A stretch of DNA of 64,000 nucleotides from Felis catus (Eukaryota): positions 101,246,001 to 101,310,000 of the forward strand of contig NC_058377.1 of assembly GCF_018350175.1 (NCBI RefSeq). The letters are read 5' to 3'. Of this stretch, positions 1 through 11,964 are shown one piece after another; position 1 is the first letter of the stretch; the number at the start of each line of letters is the position of its first letter. The notes under the pieces are model-generated. The model was given only the letters and a program-made list of their open reading frames with translations. It made no database searches and was not told the origin of the DNA. The translations under genes and the position numbers were made by a program.

Positions 1-775
1 TGACTCAACCCTTCCATACAACCCTTGGGGCTCGTCACAAGTGTCCTCTGTCATCCCCACCACCCTATTCCAACCACTGCCTCACCCACCTCCCCTCCAG
101 GAACCATCAGTTTGTTCTGTAGAGTTAGAAGTCTGTTTCTTGGATTGCCTCTCTCTGCCCTCCCCAGTATTCATTTGATTTATTTCTTAAATTCCACATA
201 TGAGTGAAATCATATGATACTTGTCTTTCTCTGACTTACTTTGCTTCGCATAATACTCTCTGACTCTATCCACATCACTGCAAATGGCAAGATTTTATTN
301 NNNNNNNNNNNNNNNNNNNNNNNNNNNNNNNNNNNNNNNNNNNNNNNNNNNNNNNNNNNNNNNNNNNNNNNNNNNNNNNNNNNNNNNNNNNNNNNNNNNN
401 NNNNNNNNNNNNNNNNNNNNNNNNNNNNNAATAAAATCTTGCCATTTGCAGTGATGTNNNNNNNNNNNNNNNNNNNNNNNNNNNNNNNNNNNNNNNNNNN
501 NNNNNNNNNNNNNNNNNNNNNNNNNNNNNNNNNNNNNNNNNNNNNNNNNNNNNNNNNNNNNNNNNNNNNNNNNNNNNNNNNNNNNNNNNNNNNNNNNNNN
601 NNNNNNNNNNNNNNNNNNNNNNNTTGATCATGCTGCTATAAACATCAGTGTGAATGTGTCCCTTTGAATTAGTATTTCTGTATCCTTTATATAATGTAAA
701 TACCTAATTGTGCAACTGCTGGATCGTAGAATATTTCTATTTTTAACATTTTGAGGAACCTCTATACTGCTTTAA
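1..775 (-). mobile_element. L1 (carnivore L1MA-type) 3' end fragment, interrupted by assembly gaps
   Basis: Antisense L1 3'UTR/ORF2-end text: ttccacatatgagtgaaatcatatgatacttgtctttctctgact, ttttgaggaacctctatactg. Confidence 0.85.
300..623. other. Assembly gaps (N 300-429 and N 458-623) around a 28-bp island
   Basis: Runs of N. Confidence 0.99.
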
Positions 776-1269
776 TATTGCCTTTTTAATACTATTTTCA
801 GTTTGTTTCTCAGAAGCTTTTGGTTTGTTTGTTTGTTTTTCAGTTTTAATTCTTATTTTACGTATATTATTCCGTTCACAATTTCTTCTTAGTTTCTACT
901 TTCTTCCTTTAACAAAATTAAGAATTTTCAAAAAGGATCTTGCATTGAATATTTCCTGCTTTAGCAATTGAGCACTATAAGGCAAAAACAATACATACAT
1001 TTTGTGTATATATAGTGGGAAGTACTAAATAGGACTATACAGTGGCAAAGTTTCTACATTTTAAAGTAATACAATATTAACACTAATTAAAATGTAAAAA
1101 ATTAGTGTGTACATTGTGTTCCCTAGAGTCACCATTAAATATATATAAATGGAATTTTTAAAACTCTAGAAACATTTCTATAGTCCAAAATTAGACAGCA
1201 AAATAAAAACAGGAATAAAAAACAGAAGGAGAAAAGTGGAAAACAAAAGTTGTTTTTATACATTTCTTT

Positions 1270-2120
1270 CAAGTTTTTATTTCAATTACAGGTAGTTGAC
1301 ATATAGTGTAATATTAGTTTCAGGAGTAGAGTTTAGTGATTCATCACTTACATACAACACCCAGTGCTCACCACAAGTGCCCTCCTTAATACTCAACCTA
1401 AATACTCTTTTAATCCATTCTCCCTGCCCACCTCCCCCTCCAGCAATGCTGTTTGTTCTCCATAGTGAAGAGTCTGTTTTATGGCTACTCTTTCTCTTTT
1501 CCCCCTATGTTCATCTCTTTCACGTCTTAAATCCCACATATGAATGGAATCGTATGGTATTTGTCTTTCTCTGACTAATTTATTTTGCTTAGTATAAGAC
1601 ACTCTAGGTCCATCCACATCATTGCAAATGGCAAAATTTCATCCTTATGGATGGCTGAGTAATATTCCATTGTGTATATACATGACGACTTCTTTCTTGT
1701 TAAAATGTCTATGCTACCCAGAGAAATCTACACAATTAATGCAATCCCTATCAAAAACCACCAGCATTTTTCACAGAGCGAGAACAATCTTAGAATGTGT
1801 ATAGAACCACAAAAGATCCCAAATAGGAAAAGCAACCTTAAAAAAGCAAAACAAAGATGGAACATGATAATTCCAGACTTCCAGACTTCAAGCTATATTA
1901 CAAGTCTATAGACATCAAGACAGTATGGTACTGGCACAAAAACAGACACATAGATCAATGGAACAGAATAGAAAGCCAAGAAATGGACCCACAACTATAT
2001 GGTCAATTAATCTTCAACAAAAGAGGAAAGAATATCCATTGGAAAAAATACAGTTTCTTCAACAAATAGTGTTGGGAAAACTGGACAGCAACATGCAAAA
2101 GAATAAAGGTTTTTTATAGC

Positions 2121-2155
<35 letters not shown>

Positions 2156-2695
2156 TTCAAAATGGATGAAAGACCTAAATGTGCAAGAAGAAACCATAAA
2201 AATCCTAGAGAGAAAAACACAGGCAGCAATCTCCTTGAAATTGGTTATAGCAACTTTTTACTAGACATGTATTCAGAGGTAAGGGAAACCAAGGCAAAAA
2301 TGAATGATTGAGACTTCGCCAAGATTAAAAGTTTCTGCAGAATGAACAAAACAATCAACAAAACTAAAAGGAAGCTTACAGAATGGGAGAAGATATTTGC
2401 AAATGATGTATGTGATAAAGGATTAGTATCCAAAATCTATAAAGAACTTGTCAAACTCAACACCCCAAAAATAAATAGTATAGTTAAGACATGGTCAGAA
2501 GACATGAATAGATATTTTACCAAAGAAAACATACAGATGGTTAACAGACACATGAAAAGATGCTCCATATTACTTATTATCAGGGAAATACAAATCAAAA
2601 CCATAATGAAATATCACCTCACACCTGTCAGAATAGCTAATATTAACAACACAAGAAGCAACAGGCACTGACAAGGATATGAATGGATAAAGAAG
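1270..2695 (-). mobile_element. 5'-inverted (twin-primed) L1: 3' part on minus (about 1270-1695) joined to an ORF2 segment on plus (1697-2695)
   Basis: ORF2 remnants ([47 protein letters not shown]) on +; L1 3'UTR on -; both parts share aaagaag at the same L1 position. Confidence 0.85.
2120..2153. repeat. (CA)n microsatellite inside the L1 ORF2 remnant
   Basis: cacacgcacacacaca... Confidence 0.95.
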
Positions 2696-3046
2696 CTTTT
2701 CAATTTCTATATAATAAATACAAAGTTTTAAAGAATATATAAAATTATATTAATTATGTATGTTTATAATTTACTTAATAAGTTTCCAAACTACTTAGTT
2801 TCTACTATTTTGCCATACTAATAATATACTCATGAAGATTTTTATATAATTTAATAACTTGTATTATTTTGCAAAGCAGATTTCCAGAAGCAAGTTTTCT
2901 AACTACTGAACATATGTATGTTTTCAACTGTTTTTGGACCTAAGGCAAGATGTTTAGAAAAATTATATTCCTCAGTTCATGACATTGTACCATCATTGGG
3001 CCAGGCAAAGGCCCTCTCTTTCCTTAGTTTATTTTTCATTCCAATT

Positions 3047-3702
3047 TGTTATGCGCTAAATTGTGTCGCACCAAAATCATATGTTGAAGCCTTAACCCTC
3101 AGTATTTCACAATGTGACTGTATTTGGAGGTAGAATCTTTAAAGAGGTAATTTGATTAAAATGGCTTGTTAATGGGGCGCCTGGGTGGCGCAGTCGGTTA
3201 AGCGTCCGACTTCAGCCAGGTCACGATCTCGTGGTCCGGGAGTTCGAGCCCCGCGTCGGGCTCTGGGCTGATGGCTCAGAGCCTGGAGCCTGTTTCTGAT
3301 TCTGTGTCTCCCTCTCTCTCTGCCTCTCCGCCGTTCATGCTCTGTCTCTCTCTGTCCCAAAAAATAAATAAACGTTGAAAAAAAATTAAAAAAAAATAAA
3401 AATAAAATGGCTTGTTAAAGTCATTTGGATAGGGACCCTATCCACTGTGACTGGTGTCCTTATAAGAAGAGCAAACTAGGACACCCAGAGAGAAACTAGA
3501 CATGTACCTGGAACCAACAATGACCATGTGAAGACATAGCAAGAAGGTGGCCATTTACAAGCTAAGAGACTCCTCAGAAAAAACCAAACCTGTCAAGCCT
3601 GTGATCTTGGACTTCTAGATTCCACAATTGAAAAGATACATTTCTGTTGTTCAAGCCACCCAGTCTGTGTTTTTTTGTTATGCAGCCTCAGCAAACTCTA
3701 CA
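3047..3702 (+). mobile_element. MaLR solo LTR (MLT1B-like), split by a SINE
   Basis: tgttatg..tgtgactgtatttggag..ggtgtccttataagaagag..aagccacccagtctgtg..gcaaactctaca; TG...CA termini. Confidence 0.85.
3174..3403 (+). mobile_element. Young feline CAN-SINE
   Basis: ggggcgcctgggtggcgcagtcggttaagcg head, (CT)n, A tail; 15-bp TSD aaaatggcttgttaa (3158-3172/3404-3418). Confidence 0.97.
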
Positions 3703-3981
3703 TCTTTCACCTTATTTCTTTATTCAGTTCCCTCTCCCACTACCAGCAGGTAACCTTCCTGATGTATTTAGTGTCTATCTGGTTTTTTTATGTGTGTTCT
3801 TACAGGACAGTTTCCTTTCTACATAATCCTATTATTCATTGCATGCATAAATATGTATGTATAATTATTACACCTATGATATTATATGTATATAAGATTT
3901 ACTGGTTAAAATATATATGTAGGTGACAGGAAATTTATGGATATAACCAAGAGGCTTCCTCTTTTAAAAAAATTAATCTTT

Positions 3982-4211
3982 GGGGCACCTGGGTGGCTCA
4001 GTCGGTTAAGCGTCCGACTTCAGCTCAGGTCACGATCTCGCGGTCTGTGAGTTCGAGCCCCGCGTCGGGCTCTGGGCTGATGGCTCAGAGCCTGGAGCCT
4101 GCTTCCGATTCTGTGTCTCCCTCTCTCTCTGCGCCTCCCCTGTTCATGCTCTGTCTCTCTCTGTCTCAAAAATAAATAAACGTTAAAAAAAGTAAAACAT
4201 AAATAAAAAAT
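3982..4211 (+). mobile_element. CAN-SINE inserted into the tail of the neighbouring minus-strand SINE
   Basis: TSD aaaaaaattaatcttt (3966-3981/4212-4227). Confidence 0.95.
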
Positions 4212-4227
4212 AAAAAAATTAATCTTT

Positions 4228-4420
4228 ATTTATTTTTGAGACAGAGAGAGACAGTGTGAGCAGGGGAGGAACAGAGAGAGAAGGAGACCAGAATCTGAAG
4301 CAGGTTCCAGGCTCTGAGCTGTCAGCACAGAGCCGGAAGTGGGGCTCGAACCCACGAACTGCGAGATCATGACCTGAGCCAAAGTCAGACATTTAACCGA
4401 CTGAGCCACCCAGGTGCCCC
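4228..4420 (-). mobile_element. CAN-SINE
   Basis: Antisense body ending gagccacccaggtgcccc. Confidence 0.95.
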
Positions 4421-4650
4421 AAGGCTGACTTTTTAAATACTGTGTTTGATCCTTCCCTAGTAGTTACGTTCTACCTTTCCTCACCTGAAATATAATCATT
4501 AAGAAAAGATAAAATGATAATCTTACTACCTGAGGAATGTTTTTAGAGGACACATTCTCCTTTTAATATCTACTTCACCCCATTAAATAATGGTTAATTG
4601 TATTATTTGAAGCAAAAGTGAAGGAAAAAAAGAAAAGGTGGTATAATAAA

Positions 4651-4860
4651 AATTTTTTAAATGTTTATTTATTTTTGAGAGAGAGACAGAGCACAAGCAG
4701 GGAAGAGGCAGAGAGAGAGGGAGACATAGAATCCGAAGCAGGCTCCAGGCTCTGAGCTGTCAGCACAGAGCCCGACACAGTGTGCAAACCCATAGACTGG
4801 GAGTGATCATGACCTGAACCAAAGTCAGATGCCCAACTGACTGAGCCACCCAGGTTCCCC
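4651..4860 (-). mobile_element. CAN-SINE
   Basis: Antisense body; degenerate TSD aaaaggtggtataataaaa/aaaagttggcataataaaa. Confidence 0.95.
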
Positions 4861-6559
4861 AAAAGTTGGCATAATAAAATACTATTTATGGATAGAGATT
4901 GTTCTAACTTTACTGCTAGGCCATTGGTTTCTACCTCTTTAATATTGCATTTTTGCAATAATGAATCTCTGAATGCACATGAGTTACTTTGACACACACA
5001 CTTTAATCACTGTGTCCCTGAGATATCAGGGAACTGAACTCACTTCATTAATGGAGGTTCATAGTGCCACAAACAACACTCAAGGGATGTCTGGTTGAAT
5101 CCCTGCAGGGAGATCTTGTTAAGGAGCTATTTCCAAGTGGCATCTTCCCCAAGGATATAAAAGGCAATTTGTGGATTCTAGAATCACCCGTGCTTCAGAG
5201 TTAGGTATTTTATTGAACCACATTTAGAGACTGTCACTAAGAGCCTGAAGCAGATTCTCCATTAGAGGTGGGTAGAAAATAATTGTCTTGTTTTTGTATA
5301 ATGGCTTTTGAAAGATCCAAAACTCAACCTCAAACTGAGCTTCTTCACTTCCATTTTGGAAGGCACTCGACACTATGAATAATCCAATAAGATAATACGT
5401 TCATCTGTTTCCAAGATTTGTAGCCTTTGGGCGAATACATGTTGTTAAATATGATCTGGCTATTATGTTTCCAAATCAGGGCTGGTATTGTTATGTCTTA
5501 TGTACCCAAATAAATTATATCCCTCCTGAAACCATAACTTTTGCTCACTGAGTTTATGTATATCATAGTTTTATTTCTTCCATATTAGCTAAAAGAAAAC
5601 TGCATATTTCCCCTGACAATCTGTGAGAAAAAGAATTCCAAATGGCGTTCCTTTTTGAGAATATAAAATCACAAATTATCTTGAGAAAATTCCCATTGAA
5701 TATGATAACATACAGATATACTATCTCATAGTAAAACTAATGTGCCAATATTATAGTTGAGAAGATCTCACTCATAAAGAAAAACTTGTCTTTGAGGAGA
5801 GACGCTGCATAAGTAGAAGTGAGACTTTAACAAACTGCAAACTCCAAGATCCCTGGTTTTATAGGACAAAACCTCTATAACAAGGAAGAAAATGTTCACT
5901 TGCTGGGTTGCCCTTACCTCACATGACCCAAAATAAGACGTTCAAAAATAAATTTACTTTTTAAAAAATTCTGCCTCATAATTTTATAGTAAAAGAAGGC
6001 TCTAAGTACATGGAAACTATTTCCATATATACTTTTTAAGGTTATTATTATTAGCCATGAAACATTGGTGTTAATGAAAGCTCAACTTTTTACCCTCCAC
6101 GTTACTCATTAGTATTCATAAGAAGATTGAAAATGCCTAGAGTATGATCAGAGATGACATTATTAAATACTCCAAAATTCACGTTTGTTAGCTTCATTTG
6201 ACACTACTTTTATTTCTATTTTCTGATCACATGGGGCTCCCTGCTACAAAGGATGAGCAAACTTCCTTCAGATAACATGTCACCTCTCACACACAAAGAA
6301 TGGAGTCATCTCAGGAGAATCAACATGAGGACACAGACAGCCAGAGATGAAAATTATGTTCACTGTGTATCCGCTAGGATAGTATGGCCAGAAAATTGGT
6401 ATAGCCCTGATTGTGGAATGCACTGAAAATGAAGCTGAAGCATCTTTCAATTATTATTTTTTTAAAAAGGCTCAGACTATATACCTTAATTACGCAAAAT
6501 GCTTTAACGACTGCCATTTTTCTACCAGCTAACCTGAGAGAATTATGATAGGGAAAGCA

Positions 6560-7070
6560 AGGCAGATGCAATAGTCAAGTCCAGTGATAAAGAAAGCTTG
6601 ACCTAAGCAAGTAGAAGAGGAAGACTCTTAGGATGGGGAAGCATTTAGAGAAATTGGCCAACAATGCATATGGAGTTTTGAAAGAGCAAATTAGAGGATG
6701 AATAGGATGTTTGTCTTTTAAAATGGTTGCTTTTTAAAATGTATTTTTGCTCTTTAGTATGAAGGATATAATGAGAAACACATCAGATTCCAGCAGAAAT
6801 GGAAGAGCTGATATAATTTAGATTTTTTTTTTTTTGCTTAGAGTTGATGTGTTTGCCAAGGGAGACAATGCAGAGCCAGAAAGTTGTGAACAAAATATTA
6901 AAAGTCGTAAACAAAGAAGATAAGGTCATAAAGAGGCATGGAGGTGGGGACACAGAAGCAATATTCTGTAGTGTAATGTTTGAGGATAAAAGAAAAGCTA
7001 GAATCTCGAAACAGAGGGTTGTCCCTGTGTGGAAAAGGATGAAGATTGAGGAACATATTAGAAGTTAGGG
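6560..7070 (-). mobile_element. Probable degraded L2 fragment
   Basis: Purine-rich text resembling antisense L2 (gatgcaatagtcaagtccagtgat..). Confidence 0.4.
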
Positions 7071-7660
7071 TTTTTTGTTTGTTTGTTTTTTACAATTTTT
7101 TAAAAAATTCTTGAATTAGATGAAAAAAATGCTATCTTAAGTATCTATAAGACCAACGACACTAATGTGCTCCAGACTTAAATATTAGTTTGTGTAAATT
7201 ATTGTTTAAATGTCTCATAAGCCTCTAACGCTTACCATGTTCAAAATGCCACTGTAATCACTCCATCTTAAACCACATTCTCTAATATTCAAAAACGTCA
7301 TGGCTATTGATCCAGTAGCAAAAACTTAAAAGAAAAAGTCACAAAGTCTTTCCTGATCTGGCCCCATCTGTTATTCCCTCATATCTGTCTCACATAATAT
7401 GAATTATGTTGAAGATACCATTTTCTTTCTGCTACCAACCGTTAAATGTATCTCCTTCCCTCTACCTCCAGCTTCTCCACTTGAACCCAAGTCAACATTA
7501 TCATCCCCAGGAGCCTTATAACAAATGCTTGACTCTCTTTCTAAATTTCTATTCATGTGTACCTCTTTCCAAACCTATAACTTATTATATTCATGTCAGT
7601 AGGAGTTCTCATTTTAAATTTAAAGTTGATCATGTTATTTACCTACCTTAAAACTTCTTG

Positions 7661-7848
7661 TTTTTTTCATTTTTTTAAATGTGTATTTATTTATTGAGAG
7701 GGGAGGGGAAAGGAGGGAGGGAGAGAGAATCCCAAGCAGGCTCTGCGCTGTCAGCTCAGAGCTCCATACAGTGCGTGAAATGTGAGATCATGACCTGAGC
7801 TGAAGTCAAGAGTTGGAAGCTTGACCTACTAAGGCACCCTGGTGCCCC
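7661..7848 (-). mobile_element. CAN-SINE
   Basis: Antisense body ending ggtgcccc. Confidence 0.9.
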
Positions 7849-7855
7849 AAGTTCC

Positions 7856-8052
7856 CTTTTATTTTTTATTTTTATTTTTTAAATGTTCATTTATTTTTGA
7901 GAGAGAGAGAGATAGCATGAGCAGGGGAGGGGCAGAGAGAGAGGGTCTTATCTGTCAGCACAAAGCCTGATGGGGGGCTTATACTCACAAACCACAAAAT
8001 CATGACCTGAGCCAAAGTTAGACACATTACCAACAGAGCCACCCAGGTGCCC
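7856..8052 (-). mobile_element. CAN-SINE
   Basis: Antisense body; TSD aagttcc(c/a)tttt. Confidence 0.9.
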
Positions 8053-8084
8053 TCAAGTTCCATTTTAAAAATGAACAAAACACT

Positions 8085-8262
8085 GGGGCACCTGGGTGGC
8101 TCAGTCTGTTGAGCATATGACTCTGGATTTTAGCTCAGGTCATGATCCCAGGGACGTGGGTTCAAGCCCCACATGGGATTTTCTCTCTCTCTCTCTCCCT
8201 CTGTCCCTCTCCCTGACTTGTTCTCTCTCAACCTGTCTCCTAAATCAATAAAAAATAAATAA
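8085..8262 (+). mobile_element. CAN-SINE (older subtype)
   Basis: ggggcacctgggtggctcag head, (CT)n, A tail. Confidence 0.9.
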
Positions 8263-8703
8263 ACAGGAACAAGTTGTAGTATAAGTTGTAAACAGAGAAG
8301 ACAAGTTCTTTTCTACTCCTGTGCAGTATCTTCAAGAAATACATGTCTGCCTGAAATCCTGGAATGTTCTTCCTGTGATCTATGAAATAGTTGGTTCCTT
8401 CCAACACTTTAGGTTTCAGTTCAAATGTCACTCTCTCAGAAAGGCCTTCTGCTAACATCCTATGTGATATCATCATCCCAGGTTATACTAATGTATGTTT
8501 TCATTCAATTTATTTATTGTGTTTATTACAACTTTCAATTATCTCATTTATAAGTTCCATTACCAGCCTTTGTCTCTTCTTTATTATTGGAATAGAAGTC
8601 TCATGAACTGAGGGACAAGTAATTTATCTGGAGATTGAACATTCTCTTGCACAAGTAGGAAATAAACAAATACTTGGTAAATAAATAAGTAAGGAGATGG
8701 CTC

Positions 8704-8903
8704 GGGGTTCCTGGGTGGCTTGGTCAGTTGAGCATCCAACTTTGGCTCAGATCATGATCTTGTGGTCCATGAATTTGACGTCCGTGTCAGGCTCTGTGCT
8801 GTCAGCTAAGAGCCTGGAGACTGCTTCATATTCTGTCTCCCTCTCTGTCCACCTCTTCCCCACTCACAGTCTGTCTTTCTCTCTCTCTCTCTCTCCCTTG
8901 AAT
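8704..8903 (+). mobile_element. CAN-SINE
   Basis: Head, (CT)n; TSD aaggagatggctc/aagaaaatggctc. Confidence 0.9.
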
Positions 8904-9119
8904 AAGAAAATGGCTCAAAGAAACCAAGAAAAGAATGATGATGTAGTAAATACTCTACAATGTTAGAAGTTATTTTGGTCTTGTTTTTTCTGATTCTTTC
9001 TATATTGTTGCTTCATTCATTTTTTCTCACTGCAGAATGGTTCTCCATTCCATCCTATTGTAAGAGAGAAAATGTCAACAACTTGAGATTTAACAGTTCA
9101 GGCATTTATGACCTGTAGT

Positions 9120-9340
9120 CTTTTTTTTAGACCACTTTATTGAGGTATGGTTGACATACAAAAAGCTTATACATGTTTGATGGGTACAATTTGATGAGTC
9201 TGGAGTTACATCAGTGAATCCATCACCACAACATATCATAACCATATCCATCATGTCCAAACATTTCCTCCTACTCACTTTTATTATTATTATTATTACT
9301 ATTAATTTTGTGTGTTTATGTGCAAGAATACTTAAACTTC
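9120..9340 (-). mobile_element. L1MA/L1MB-type 3' end fragment
   Basis: ctttattgaggtatggttgacatacaaaaag..tacaatttgatgagt. Confidence 0.7.
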
Positions 9341-9955
9341 TGCTAAATGGTGGATGTTATGTTTTATGATGATATAGTCTTGATTCTCTAGAATGTAACA
9401 CAAGATCTTCATATAAGAGGCAATCATGGTACTCTTTTGGACAGGTGCCCACCACTGGAACTATCAGTTGTAATTGCGAAGGGATTCTAATTGGCTTAGT
9501 TAGGAACAGATGACCATTCTCGAAACAAGCAACTCTAGGAAAATATTCAGTCATATTATAATAGCATGCTGATCCGTTGGGAAATATATGCAATGAAATT
9601 ATCATAGAGGTTTTATAATGTAAGGATGTTTATTATCATTGCAGTAGTGAAATATGTCAAAAGTAAGAAAATATGTCAAGATAAAGTTCAACTAAAAACA
9701 AAGGCCAGATATATTATGTTTTTAAAATAATGTTATAATATTCTATAAATTAAAAATACTGATTAAAAATAACCATGATGGAACTTTATAACTTGTGAGG
9801 CAAGAAGGAAAAGTTATGAGAAAAAAAAGGAAAAAGAAATAGTATCCAATAAAGCATAATGGGTTGTTTTACAAATATTTGTAATTTTTACAGGTCTTAT
9901 TTTCTGAAAGCTAAAGAGAAAATAAGTCATCTAAAAAATAAAAGACATATTTCCA

Positions 9956-10177
9956 GGGCACCTGGGTGGCTTAGTCAGTAAAGCACCCAACTCCTGATTT
10001 TGGCTCAGGTCATGATCTCACAGTTTGTGAGTAGAGCTCTGCATTGGGCTCTGGAAGGACAGAGTGGAACCTGCTTGGGAGTCTCTCTCTCCCTCTCCCT
10101 TTGTCCTTCCCCTGCTTGTGTATGCTCTCTCTCTGTGTTTATCAAATAAATAAATAAATAAATGAATAAACGTAAAA
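9956..10177 (+). mobile_element. CAN-SINE
   Basis: TSD aaaagacatatttcca on both sides. Confidence 0.93.
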
Positions 10178-10736
10178 AAAAGACATATTTCCAAGTATTT
10201 TTGTCTGGGTTAATAAAATGGAAAATGAGAAAAAAAAAACAGTTAACAGATATGGATGGTAGAAATTGCAAATTCAATGTCCATCAGCTAGAAGTTATAG
10301 AAAGATAGGATAAAGAAAATGGGGCAGGATAGTGACTACAATCATCCAATCTTACAATAAAGTAACAAGTCCCAGATTGAGAAATCACAAGGAGAAATTG
10401 GATTTTTTGAAGGCATACAATTCCTCAAGGCTTTTCACACTCAAGAGACATATAAGATAGAAATCATGGCTTCAAATGCCTGGCAAGCTAATAAGATATT
10501 CAAAACTGAATAAGAATGTGAGGAAGGAAATCCTCCAATAATGAATGAAGCTGGGTCATCTATTTAATTTGCTGCACTTGCTTTTTCTCTCTTCCAAATG
10601 ACTGTAGTTTATTTACTAGTCCTAGCACCTTGATTTCAATAACCGAGTTAGATTCATACATCATTCCAGGAAATCTCACCTAAGGAATTACCCTTACTGC
10701 CTAATGAAAGTCCTAAAAAATACATCTTTAGAGTTT

Positions 10737-10767
10737 GTAACCACTTCTCCTTTTCTTCTCCAAACAG
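10737..10767 (+). promoter_or_regulatory. 3' splice acceptor of the OR8J1-like coding exon
   Basis: gtaac branch-like motif, polypyrimidine tract, CAG ending 10767, 20 nt before the ATG; OR genes commonly have 5'UTR introns. Confidence 0.7.
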
Positions 10768-10787
10768 ATGAGTTTCCAAACCCTTAC

Positions 10788-11735
10788 ATGGCTCCAGGGA
10801 ACCTCACCCTGGTGACTGAGTTCATTCTCATGGGAGTCTCAGACCGCCCAGAGCTCCAGATTCCACTCTTCTTTGTTTTCCTGGTGATCTATGGGCTGAC
10901 CATGGCAGGGAATCTGGGCATCATCACCCTCACCAGTGTTGACTCTCAACTTCAAACCCCCATGTACTTCTTCCTGCGCCATTTGGCTATCATCAATCTT
11001 GGCGATTCTACTGTCATTGCCCCTAAAATGCTGATCAATTTTTTAGTACAGAAGAAAACCACCTCATACTATGAATGCGCCACCCAACTGGGAGGGTTCT
11101 TATTTTTCATTGTAGCCGAGGTGCTCACGTTAGCTGTGATGGCTTATGACCGCTATGTGGCCATTTGTAACCCCCTGCTTTACATGGTGGTGGTATCTCC
11201 ACAGATCTGCCTTCTTCTGGTATCCCTCACATATCTCTATGGCTTTTCCACAGGTATTGTGGTTTCATATTGTATATTTTCTCTGTCTTATTGCTCTTCC
11301 AATGTAATCAATCATTTCTTCTGTGATATTGTCCCACTGTTAACATTGTCCTGCTCTGATACTTACCTTCCAGAGACAATAGTATTTATATCCGCAGCTA
11401 CAAATTTGGTCTTATCGTTGATAATAGTTGTAGTATCTTATTTCAACATTGTTTTGTCCATTCTAAGGATGCGTTCATCAGAAGGAAGGAAAAAAGCCTT
11501 TTCCACATGTGCTTCACATATGATGGCTGTCACTGTGTTCTATGGGACCCTTCTCTTCATGTATTTGCAGCCTCAAACTAACTACTCATTGGATACCGAT
11601 AAAATTGCTTCCGTGTTTTATACACTGGTGATCCCCATGTTGAATCCCATGATCTACAGCCTGCGGAATAAGGATGTGAAGGCTGCCTTACAGAGATTTC
11701 TAACAATTTCATGCTATTCTTTAAAATCAGTGTAA
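10788..11735 (+). CDS. OR8J1: Olfactory receptor, family 8 subfamily J, 315 aa, intact. Likely start MAPGNLT at 10788 rather than the ORF-track start 10704
   Basis: [39 protein letters not shown] motifs; N-glycosylation site NLT; closely matches my recall of human OR8J1, including C-terminus ALQRF..CYS. Confidence 0.95.
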   Translation: MAPGNLTLVTEFILMGVSDRPELQIPLFFVFLVIYGLTMAGNLGIITLTSVDSQLQTPMYFFLRHLAIINLGDSTVIAPKMLINFLVQKKTTSYYECATQLGGFLFFIVAEVLTLAVMAYDRYVAICNPLLYMVVVSPQICLLLVSLTYLYGFSTGIVVSYCIFSLSYCSSNVINHFFCDIVPLLTLSCSDTYLPETIVFISAATNLVLSLIIVVVSYFNIVLSILRMRSSEGRKKAFSTCASHMMAVTVFYGTLLFMYLQPQTNYSLDTDKIASVFYTLVIPMLNPMIYSLRNKDVKAALQRFLTISCYSLKSV

Positions 11736-11964
11736 TTTTAGAGCTCTATAGGTCAATGATGAGATGGTTAAGATAGGTTACCGTATGTCGGAGAAAGCAA
11801 ACAGGTGGCTGACATAGGTTTACAATTAATCCCAGGAATTAAAAGGAGCTAGGATTTGGGAAGCATTGAATTAAAAAGTCAACTCAAGTTCTTTGAAATG
11901 TGAGGTTGTTACAGAAACAAACATTGCTCACTAACTTCATGCCCAATTTTAAAAGAAATATTTT

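Larger units (their letters stand above)
7200..8695 (+). mobile_element. L2 3' region, split by three SINEs
   Basis: cttaccatgttcaaaatg; ttcaaatgtcactctctcagaaaggccttct; gcacaagtaggaaataaacaaatacttggtaaataaat. Confidence 0.65.

Noticed and set aside
241-631. ORFs spanning N runs (also 27132-27475)
   Set aside because: Open only because N codons translate as X.
1672-2671. Several 60-110 aa ORFs
   Set aside because: Fragments of degraded L1 ORF2; same for 19403-19994.
3993-4175. Recurrent MAQSVK../SSPASGSVLTAQSLEPASDS ORFs across the window
   Set aside because: Translations of CAN-SINE bodies, not a gene family.
10704-10787. N-terminal extensions of OR ORFs (also 22097, 28231, 35393)
   Set aside because: The OR-typical Met before the N-glycosylation site lies downstream; for 10704 and 22097 the extension crosses a clear splice acceptor.
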